A stretch of 63,230 bases of DNA, the filler included, from Octopus bimaculoides (Eukaryota): assembly GCF_001194135.2 (NCBI RefSeq). It is 6 parts of 5 records of this genome, joined end to end, with 100 filler letters (N's around TTAATTAATTAA, not from the genome) between each part and the next. Parts side by side here need not be neighbours in the genome. Positions count along the whole stretch, not along the records: positions 1 to 8,296 come from NC_068990.1; positions 8,397 to 23,130 come from NC_068985.1; 4 more parts are not named here. One strand, given 5' to 3'. Below, in pieces: positions 1 to 8,930 of this stretch. The stretch's first letter is position 1, and the number at the start of each line of letters is the position of its first letter. The notes under the pieces are model-generated. The model was not told where the DNA came from. It was given only the letters and a program-made list of their open reading frames with translations, and did not search any database. Made by a program: the position numbers and the translations under genes.

Positions 1-19
1 GCATATAAATAAATCTGAA

Positions 20-858
20 AATTCAGAAAAAATTGTAATACACGTGTATAAGGGATGACCACTAGGTGGACATCCAGTATGCTAGAAGGAGGTAATCAAC
101 GACCCAACCACAGAGAAAAATAATGTTCTCCAGAAAAATTTTGGAAAACGCCAGAACATGACAAAATGAAAAATATACAGAGTAAAGAATTATCTATGGA
201 CTGCCGTTTCGGACGTTAACGTTTTACTTACGTAACAACATCCGTGTTTTCATCAGCATAGACGTTCTAGAATCAATATAATTTTCAGAACTATGCACGA
301 ATTGTCTTCATGAAACAAGGCTTGCATATAGTTCTACCGATTACATTGGGGCTATTTTTCAAAATGCCTCAGCTCCGGCGCGCAAAATTCCGGAAACAAT
401 TCTGCAGAGAATCATTCACTGCAGTATATGTTGCCGGTTGGAGAACATAAGTATTTAAATTATTAATTATATAGATAGGGTGATAAATTGAATATTATTT
501 CAATTCAAAACCAAGTGTCCTAGGATATAAAAAAAATCTGAACATTCAGAAAAACCTTGTAATACACGTGTATAAGGGATGACCACTAGGTAGACATCCA
601 ATATGCTAGAAAGAGGTCAACGACCCAACCACAAAGGAAAATAATGTTCTCCAGAAAAATTTACGTCACTAAAAATTTACGTAAGTAAAACGTTAATGTT
701 CGAAACTGCAGTCCATAGATAATTCTTTATTCTCATTTTGTCCTGTTCTGCGAAATTTTTCTGGAGAACATTATTTTTCTTTGTGGTTGGGTCGTTGATG
801 ACCTCTTTCTAGCATATTGGATGTCCACCTAGTGGTCATCCCTTATACACGTGTATGT
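20..858. mobile_element. Non-coding repeat in direct plus inverted arrangement (Penelope pLTR-like): minus copies at ~20-270 and ~535-665, plus copy at ~675-858
   Basis: The block AATACACGTGTATAAGGGATGACCACTAGGT...TTCTCCAGAAAAATT occurs at ~37-140 and ~561-661. Its reverse complement occurs at ~755-855. Carries a hammerhead-like motif. Confidence 0.65.
193..262 (-). ncRNA. Type I hammerhead ribozyme-like motif (family 1)
   Basis: Minus strand reads TCTATG-CTGATGA-AAACAC-GGATGTT...AACGTCC-GAAAC-GGCA-GTC-CATAGA: perfect 6-bp stem I, CUGAUGA core, stem II, GAAA, GUC triplet. There is a 6-nt insert before stem II. Confidence 0.55.
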
Positions 859-859
859 A

Positions 860-1214
860 CATATCATCATCATCATCATCGGTTAACGTCCGCTTTCCAT
901 GCTAGTTTGGGTTGGACGATTTGACTGAGGGCTGGTGAACCGGATGGCTACACCAGGCTCCAATCTGATTTGGCAGAGTTTCTACATCTGGATGCCCTTC
1001 CTAACGCCAACCACTCCGAGAGTGTAGTGGATGCTTTTACGTGCCACCGGCACGAAGGCCATTCAGGTGGTACTGGCAACGGCCACGCTCAAAATGGTGT
1101 ATTTTATGTGCCACCTGCACAGGAGCCAGTCCAGCGGCACTGGCACGATCTCGCTCGAATGTCTTTACACATGCCACCGGCACAAGTGCCAGGAAGGCGA
1201 CGCTGGGCACAGGT
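860..1214 (-). mobile_element. Octopus-type SINE 3' part with (GAT)n tail, truncated by gap
   Basis: Reverse complement of the element at 8397-8680; (CAT)n tail at ~863-880. Confidence 0.75.
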
Positions 1215-1717
1215 NNNNNNNNNNNNNNNNNNNNNNNNNNNNNNNNNNNNNNNNNNNNNNNNNNNNNNNNNNNNNNNNNNNNNNNNNNNNNNNNNNNNNN
1301 NNNNNNNNNNNNNNNNNNNNNNNNNNNNNNNNNNNNNNNNNNNNNNNNNNNNNNNNNNNNNNNNNNNNNNNNNNNNNNNNNNNNNNNNNNNNNNNNNNNN
1401 NNNNNNNNNNNNNNNNNNNNNNNNNNNNNNNNNNNNNNNNNNNNNNNNNNNNNNNNNNNNNNNNNNNNNNNNNNNNNNNNNNNNNNNNNNNNNNNNNNNN
1501 NNNNNNNNNNNNNNNNNNNNNNNNNNNNNNNNNNNNNNNNNNNNNNNNNNNNNNNNNNNNNNNNNNNNNNNNNNNNNNNNNNNNNNNNNNNNNNNNNNNN
1601 NNNNNNNNNNNNNNNNNNNNNNNNNNNNNNNNNNNNNNNNNNNNNNNNNNNNNNNNNNNNNNNNNNNNNNNNNNNNNNNNNNNNNNNNNNNNNNNNNNNN
1701 NNNNNNNNNNNNNNNNN

Positions 1718-2945
1718 AGAAAGAATGTTATAGTTTTTACAGTCTATTTTGTATATTTCTATTCCGTTAATTTTAAATTCTTCACTTGTAATTTTTTCTC
1801 CATGCTCAGCTGCAATTCTATTAATCAACAGTCTATTAGAACTGCGCACTGTCATGTAACAATTTTCAGTTTTAGATTTTTTTGTTTCTTGTTTCTTTGC
1901 TTTTTTATATTGTCTATTCTCAGGAGTTTCTTTTTCTTTTTCTGTTGTGTTTACTTTTAATTTTCTTTTGGTTAGTTGGGTCCTCCCCTTCTGGTACCAG
2001 AGTCAGTTGGGTCGCTGCTACAGTTTCGCCCTCCACTGTCTCCTTCACTGTTTTTTCTTTCTTTTTTTCTACTTCTTTTTTACAGTCCACCCTGAGGTGG
2101 CCTTCTTTCCACACTGGAAGCATCGCGGCCGGCGCCCTTCCACCATTACAGCCATTCGGGTCTCGCCAACCACTATGGTTTCTGTTATTTCTTCCAGTGT
2201 AGCTTGTTCAGCTTGAATAATCATTTTAATGTCCTGACCGTGCCAGTTGCGTGGTTCTAATACTTCCGCTTCTAAGATATTATTTTTTTCTTCTGATCCG
2301 TCTATCACCGCCGTAACCAGCCACTCTGGGTCCACCTCAGGGGGAATTCCTCTTATGTTAATTCTAGACGTCCTCCTACCCATACATATGGGCAGAAGAA
2401 CGATTTCTTCCGTTTTCAACGGATTTATGGAATGGAGTCTTGCTTCCTCCTCTGACTCCATCCTAACTTCTACTGTCGCGTACTTTTTGCCTCTGGTGAT
2501 ATATGGTATTTCATGCGGAATGGGTTTTACACATTTCATGATTTCATTTTCGACGATATAATCAATTTTCTTTTATTTTATTTTGTATGTTTTATATGCT
2601 ATCGTCCTTCTTTCCACGTTTTCTTGTAATTCCTTTGGGGTACTAGCCTTGTTTCACTTCCCTCACTGGCCTACATTTTTTTGTCGTTGTAGATTTTTCC
2701 ATATTAATCTTCTTCGGCTTTGCCCCCGCTGCAGCGGCAAAGTCCATTTTCTTTTTTTTTTTTTCTTTCTTTTCTTCAACTTTTTCCTTTGTTAACAAGC
2801 TTATAACGACAATATTTCTCCTAGTGGTTTCTGCTATCTTCCTTTCTTCCTCATCCTCCTCCAAAACGTTCTCCACAATCCTTTCTATTTCTTCCTCTGA
2901 CATGGTCGAAGTGCTCGCCATCTCACTGGTCGAAGTGCCTGCCAT
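1718..2945 (-). pseudogene. LINE ORF1/gag-like CCHC zinc-knuckle pseudogene, copy A
   Basis: Frameshifted segments: MAGTSTSEM..., RGKKYATVEVRMESEEEAR...INIRGIPPEVDPEWL...EGRRPRCFQCGKK/GHLRVDC (CX2CX4HX4C split by a frameshift). The 3' end runs into a gap. Confidence 0.7.
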
Positions 2946-3423
2946 TTCACAGGCGTTTCCCCAACGGGGCAACACAGTAAAAGTTCAACAAATGTTCAAC
3001 AATAATTATTCAACAAAAGAACAGCAATTCAAACAGAAAACAACAAAACTTCACCACTCCAACTCTGCAACGCACGGTACCAAATCCAAAAACCAAGAGA
3101 CTCGCCCGCAGTGTTGCTGGAATTCGACGAACTGCCACCAGTAGTCGAGCTAAGAGACTTGGAGCCTTTCATGAGGTATTAAAAAGGGGGAAGAGTAAAA
3201 TTGTTTTGTTTGAAAACAAGGAAAGAACAAAGGAAAAAAAGAAAAACAAAGGAAAAAAAGAAAAACAAAGGAAAAAAAGGAACAAAAAAGACAAAAACAA
3301 AGTAAGTGTTTCATGGGAAAAAAAGAGGGAAGAAAAAGATGATTAAGAAAAAAAAACAAAAGAAAAAGTGAACGATGGTAAATAGTGTGTATATAAACGT
3401 TCAAATGGTACTGCATGGGAATG

Positions 3424-3720
3424 GGGCCCATGTAGCCATTTCATTTCTTCATTTTTATATAACATCTCATTATCATTCGTTTTATGTTTTTGTTCCCATT
3501 GTGGTGTTGTGTCTGTCCTTGTAGTTTCCCCCTCTGTGTTGTGGCCGTAGTGCCAAATAAAGAAAGGAATTGACCGTCGAATTTCAAAGTTGCGTTTGTG
3601 TTTTTGGCTGAAAAGGTGTGTTGCGTGTGAATTATTTGAGCATTATTGAAAATTGTTAAAGAATATTGTTATTTATTATTGTTGAACGTTTTATGAATAT
3701 TTTGAAAATTTTTATACTAC
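3424..3720 (+). repeat. Direct repeat upstream of gag-like copies B and C (partner at ~6143-6450), contains AATAAA
   Basis: Shared GGGGC..TA(A)GCCATTTCAT...GTCTGTCCTT...CCAAATAAAG...AAAGTTGCGTT...GAAAATTGTTAAAG. Confidence 0.7.
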
Positions 3721-4371
3721 CCATTGTTGGACATGGAAACAGCCAGCTACGCTGCGGCAGCAGACAAGAGCCTGTCTGCCGACACAATGCAGATGACTGA
3801 AGCAAACTTTGATATTAACAAAGTAATGAAACATAAGAAATTTATTGTGAAAGAAGGAGATTGCCTTCGAGTGACACCCCCGAAAGAAGACACGCAACGA
3901 GCGGAGAAGAAAATAATAGTGTACAGGACACTAAACTTTGATAGAGATAGAAGTAGCGGCAACAGAAGACATAGAAGAATGTCTAAGTCAAGTAAAAGAA
4001 ATGATGACTTTCTACTCAAGAGGGAGGAAATATGGCACAGTGGAGGTGAGATTTAAAAGCGAAGAAGAAGCGAAAAAGCACTGCACTGTGGCCTTGAGAA
4101 CAGCAAGGTGGGCACTCTTGCTGGAAGACGTGCTGCAAGGATAAAAATAGGCACAGTGCCCCCGGAGATGAATGAGGAATGGCTGTTGGCAGCTATTATC
4201 TTCAACTGTAACGAGAAAAATCTTTTAAAGCATTTTGAATATATCAAGAGGGAGGGAGATTGCCTACGTGTTACTCCACCAAAGGAAGCTGTAGAAAGAG
4301 CAGAAAAGAAAATTATTATTTATAAAACATTAAATGTGACAATGAAGAGGATAGAGGTAGCAGAGGTGGAT

Positions 4372-4425
4372 GACATTGAGGAAATTAAAGACATTGAGGA
4401 AATTAAAGACATTGAGGAAATTAAA
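4372..4425 (+). repeat. 18-bp tandem repeat x3 (GACATTGAGGAAATTAAA)
   Basis: Three consecutive copies encoding DIEEIK repeats. Confidence 0.9.
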
Positions 4426-5409
4426 TGAAATTAATGAGGTAACAATGTTTTACGCGAGAGGCAAGAAATATGGTACAGTGGAGGTGCGTTTTAAAAGTGA
4501 AGAGGAAGCGAAGAGATCCTCCACTGTACCCCTGAGAACAGATAAGTGGACACTCTTGCCTATTTACTGCAGCAGAAGAGCAACAAGAGTGTTTCCCGAG
4601 TTAGAGGAAGAATGGATAGTAGCAGCAATAATATTTAATTGCAAGGAGGAGGTGGAAATCGTCGAGGTTGAAAAGTCGAAGAAGATCAACTGTGGAGTTA
4701 TGGGTTAGAAATTTTAACCCATAACTCCACTGATCTACACAACATTGCAGAGGAGTTGGTGCTCCCCGATGACACGCGACTGAGAGTCGTGGTGGAAGGG
4801 AGGCCACCCGTGTGCTATAAATGCAGAAGTAGGGGACACATGCAGTCAAAGTGTCCCCTAAGAGAAGTACAGATGGAGGAAGCAGTAGCGAGTGAGGAAG
4901 TAGCGGTGGAAGAAGAAAAAAAAGGAAAAGGAAAAAAGGTGGAGGAAACAGCAACAGAGAGAAAGAGAGCACGAATAGAATCGCCGCCAAAAAGCCCTAA
5001 AAAAAGGGAAAAAGAAAACAGCGGAGGAAAAGGAAACCATAGAGAAAACCATAGAGAAGCGAACTCAAGAACCTGAGAATGCATATAAATATATAAGAGA
5101 TCCAGCAAAAGCGGCGAAAATTGATGAGTGGGAGGAGAGAGTGCAAAAGATGGAATATGTATGGCTAAATGTAAATCCTAACGGAAGAAACTTGAGAACG
5201 ATTATGTATTATACCAAAGAAATGGAGATAGAGAAGAGGATATCGAAAATAAAAGGGTTAATAAGAGTGAAATTGGACCCAGAGATGTTTGAAGAATATG
5301 AAAAAGCAGTACTGGTAGAGATTGATAAAGTGGAGAAGTTTAAAGTGTTGTTCCCTGAAAAAATTACAGCAAGACGAATTATACAGTTCTATATTTAAGA
5401 GATGAGGAA

Positions 5410-5659
5410 TTATTTACATTATTTACATTATCTACATTTGACGGATATTCGTTCTCATCTTGTTTGTTGTTAACACAACGTTTCGGCTGATATACCCTCC
5501 AGCCTTCGTCAGGTGTCTTGGGGAAATTTCGAACCTGGGTTCTCATTCCTATCGATGTTACTATTATTATTATTATATTATTATTATTATTATTATTAAT
5601 CAGGTCGCTGCCGTGAATCGAACTCGGAACCTTGGGGTTAGTAGCCCGCGCTCTTAACC
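5410..5659 (-). mobile_element. tRNA-derived SINE (hammerhead family 2), 5'-truncated inverted copy
   Basis: Near-exact reverse complement of 5751-5994; hammerhead motif at 5472-5517. Confidence 0.85.
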
Positions 5660-5734
5660 GTCAAATGTAGATAATGTAAATAATGAAAAATAATAGATTT
5701 ATAAGCCTTAAAATTCACCCCCATAACTGCCCAC

Positions 5735-5994
5735 GGGCATATGGCGTAGTGGTTAAGAGCGCGGGCTACTAACCCCAAGGTTCCGAGTTCGATTCACGGC
5801 AGCGACCTGATTAATAATAATAATAATAATAATATAATAATAATAATAGTAACATCGATAGGAATGAGAACCCAGGTTCGAAATTTCCCCAAGACACCTG
5901 ACGAAGGCTGGAGGGTATATCAGCCGAAACGTTGTGTTAACAACAAACAAGATGAGGACGAATATCCGTCAAATGTAGATAATGTAAATAATGT
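5735..5994 (+). mobile_element. Full-length tRNA-derived SINE with internal (AAT)n and a 3' hammerhead motif
   Basis: A box TGGCGTAGTGG (5742-5752), B box GAGTTCGATTC (5785-5795), (AAT)n, and an AATGTAGAT-type tail. The TSD AAGACGAATTATA at 5371-5383 and 5995-6007 flanks the whole inverted pair. Confidence 0.85.
5893..5938 (+). ncRNA. Minimal type I hammerhead ribozyme-like motif (family 2)
   Basis: GACAC-CTGACGA-A-GGCTG-(10 nt)-CAGCC-GAAA-CG-TT-GTGTT. Stem I GACAC/GTGTT, stem II GGCTG/CAGCC, palindromic stem III AACGTT, GUU triplet. Confidence 0.65.
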
Positions 5995-6451
5995 AAGACG
6001 AATTATATGTGCGTTACGAGAATCTGCCCAATATTGTTACGACAGTGGATCTGATGGAACATATAACAAACGAAGAGTAAAAAAATTAAAAGCTATATTA
6101 AAAAACTGCATAAAAAGAACAGTTAAATGAATCGGCGAACTTTGAGGGGCTCGTAAGCCATTTCATCCTTTCATTGTAAATATTTCATTTCATATTCATC
6201 ATTCGTTATATGTACCCCACGTTTTGTGTTGTCTGTCCTTCTAATGTCCATTCTATGTTGGGGCTTTATACCCAAATAAAGATAGTAGTTGTCCATCGAA
6301 ATTGAAAGTTGCGTTGGTGATTTTGGTTGGAGGAGATCGTTGCGTGCGGTGAGTTGAATTATTTGTGCATTGTCGAAAATTGTTAAAGGATATTGTTATT
6401 TGTTATTGTTGGACGATTTTTTTTTAATTATTGTACTACCCATTGTTGGGT

Positions 6452-7035
6452 ATGGAAACAGCCAGCTATCTGTCGACGCAATGCAGATGACTGAAATTAA
6501 AATTGATATTAACAAAGTAATGAAACATAAGAAATTAATTGTGAAGGAGGCAGATTGCCATCGGGTGACACTGCCGAAAGAAGACACGCAACGAGCGGAG
6601 AAGAAAATAATAGTGTACAGGACACTAAACGTTGAAACAAAGAAAATAGAGGTAGCAGCAACAGAAGAAATAGAAGAATGTCTGACCCAAGTGAAGGAGA
6701 GGACAACCTTCTAGGCAAGAGGGAGCAAATACGGCACAGTGGAAGTGCGATTTAAAAGCGAAGAAGAAGCGAAAAAGCACTCCACTGTGACCTTGAGAAC
6801 AGCAAGGTGGGCACACTTGCCAACCTACTGTGGAAGACGTGCTGCAAGGATAAGAATAGGCACAGTGCCCCCAGAGATGAATGAGGAATGGCTGTTGGCA
6901 GCTATTATTTTCAATTGTAAAGACGAGGTGGAGGTCATAAGAGTCGAGAGGTCCAGAGAAATCAACTGGTGGAGTTTTGGATTAGAAGTTCTAATCCATG
7001 TGACCCTACCATATTTACACAACATTGCAGGAAAT
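6452..7035 (+). pseudogene. gag-like copy C (5' half only, paralog of B)
   Basis: ATGGAAACAGCCAGC start; KHKKLIVKEADC...VEVRFKSEEEAKKH...IGTVPPEMNEEWLLAAIIFNC; stops and frameshifts; ends before the knuckle. Confidence 0.7.
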
Positions 7036-7044
7036 TGCGAAGAA

Positions 7045-8296
7045 GCCACCCACAGCAAGAAGAAACATAGACGTTAAAAGCTTGTTAACCAAAGAAAAAG
7101 TAGAGGAAAAAGAAGAAGAAAAAGGAAAACAGAAAATGGACTTTGCCGTGGTAGCAGAAGCAAAGCCGAAAAAAAATAAACATGGAAAACTTTCAGAAAC
7201 ATAAGATATGTTAGCAAGGGAGGGAAACGAAACAAGATTATTACCTCCAAAACAGATGTTAGAAAATGTGGAAAAAAGAAACAATTGTTTACAAGACGTA
7301 CAAGGTAAAGGAGAAGAGGATTGAATATGTAGTGGAAAATAAGATTGAAAAGTGCCTAAAACCAATTTGGCACAAAATTCAATATCTGACCAGAGGCAAA
7401 AAGTACGCAACAATAGAAGTCAGAATGGAGTCGGAAGAAGAAACGAGACTCCATTCTATAAGTCCGTTGACAACGGACTTATATATATATGGGTATATAT
7501 ATCTGCCCATATATATGGGTAGGAGGACGTCGAGAATTAATATTAGAGGGATTCCCCTGAGATGGACCCTGAATGGCTGGTCTCAGCCGTGATAAACGGT
7601 TTAGAGGAGAAAATAAATGTCTTAGAGGCGGAAGTGCTGGAGCCTCGTAACTGGCACGGCCAAGATATAAAAATTTGGTCAGCCAAGCGGAACAAGCCAC
7701 ACTGGATGAAATTACCGAAACCATCGTGGTTGGTGAGACCCGAATGGCTGTTATGGTGGAAGGGCATCAGCCACGATGCTTCCAGTGTAGCAAAAAAGGC
7801 CACCTCAGGGTGGACTGCAAAAAAGAAGAGGAAAAAAATAAGAAAGAAGAGATGGCGAAGGAGACAGTGGAGGGCGAACCCGCGGTGGCAGCTCAACTGA
7901 CTCCGGTACCAGAAAGAGCGGATAGATGGAAGATAAATATAACTAAAAGAAAGCATAAAACAAATACAGTTGAAAAGGAAAAAGAAAATATAGAACACAA
8001 AAAAGTTAAAAAACATGAAACAAAAAAGCAAAAGCGGCAAAGTGTTACATGCCAGTTCGCAATTCAAATACACTTTTGATAAACAGAATTGCGGCTGAAC
8101 ACAGTGAAAAAATCACAAGCGAACAATTCAATTTCCAATGAATCGAAATATATAAAGTTGAGGTTAAAACCTACAATATTCTTTCAAATGACTTTCGTAA
8201 TGATGTAGGCCCTCTAAGATGGGACCTGTCTGAAAAGATATTTGAGGGCCTCATCAACATGACTCCACGAGCTCGAGAAAAACATAAAGAGGCGGG
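7045..8296 (+). pseudogene. gag-like copy D (paralog of A, inverted relative to A, 5'-truncated)
   Basis: RGKKYATIEVRMESEEETR...EGHQPRCFQCSKKGHLRVDC intact knuckle. C-terminal ...NRIAAEHSEKITSEQF matches copy A. Runs into a gap. Confidence 0.7.
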
Positions 8297-8396
8297 NNNN
8301 NNNNNNNNNNNNNNNNNNNNNNNNNNNNNNNNNNNNNNNNTTAATTAATTAANNNNNNNNNNNNNNNNNNNNNNNNNNNNNNNNNNNNNNNNNNNN

Positions 8397-8680
8397 GGCT
8401 CCTGTAGGATTTTCGAGCGAGATCGTTGCCAGTGCCCCTGGACTGGCTTGTGCGGGTGGCACATAAAAGACACCATTTCGAGCGTGGCCGTTTTCGTGCG
8501 GGTGACACGTAAAAGCACCCACTACACTCTCTGAGTGGTTGGCGTTAGGAAGGGCATCCAGCTGTAGAAACTCTGCCAAATCAGACTGGAGCCTGGTGTT
8601 GCCATCCGGTTTCACCAGTCCTCAGTCAAATCGTCCAACCCATGCTAGCATGGAAAGCGGACGTTAAACGATGATGATGA
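8397..8680 (+). mobile_element. Octopus-type SINE 3' part with (GAT)n tail
   Basis: GTGGTTGGCGTTAGGAAGGGCATCCAGC...CATGGAAAGCGGACGTTAAACGATGATGATGA; same family as 860-1214. Confidence 0.75.
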
Positions 8681-8739
8681 TTGAGGTCTGAAATTTGTTG
8701 CAAATTTGAGGGGTTTTCGTCACATACCCTAATGATAAG

Positions 8740-8930
8740 GGTTTTTCCCTCACAGTCACTGGACCATAGCTTTGATTCCCAGTCTGAGTCAGGCATTGTG
8801 TTCTTGAACAAAACACTTCATTTCACATTGCTCCAGTCCACTCAGCTATGAACGAGTGACCCTACAATAGAGACTGGCTTTCCAATCAAAGAGAATGTTG
8901 GCTTGCTTGCCTAGCCAGCCGGGTGGCATC
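8740..8930 (+). mobile_element. Degenerate SINE with CORE-like domain (family C)
   Basis: GTGTTCTTGAACAAAACACTTCATTTCACATTGCTCCAGTCCACTCAGC matches 13560-13605 and 15180-15225. Confidence 0.55.

Larger units (their letters stand above)
3733..6130 (+). pseudogene. LINE ORF1/gag-like CCHC zinc-knuckle pseudogene, copy B; internally duplicated and interrupted by a SINE pair
   Basis: Starts METASYAAAADKS. The RGKKYGTVEVRFKSEEEAK block occurs twice (~4020 and ~4455). Intact knuckle EGRPPVCYKCRSRGHMQSKC at ~4795-4854. The C-terminal frame ...KITARRII/CALRESAQY...KRTVK* rejoins across the 5384-6007 insert. Confidence 0.7.

Noticed and set aside
970-1960. Long ORFs spanning N runs (also 21.7-22.3, 36.3-38.2 and 57.1-58.3 kb)
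   Set aside because: They are open only because N codons contain no stops.
5735-5800. tRNA-like sequence
   Set aside because: It is a SINE head with A/B boxes; no complete acceptor stem, so not called as a tRNA gene.
8341-8352. TTAATTAATTAA island inside N runs, also at ~23175, ~26984, ~43181 and ~60620
   Set aside because: An identical 12-mer centred in equal-sized gaps is a scaffolding spacer, not biology.
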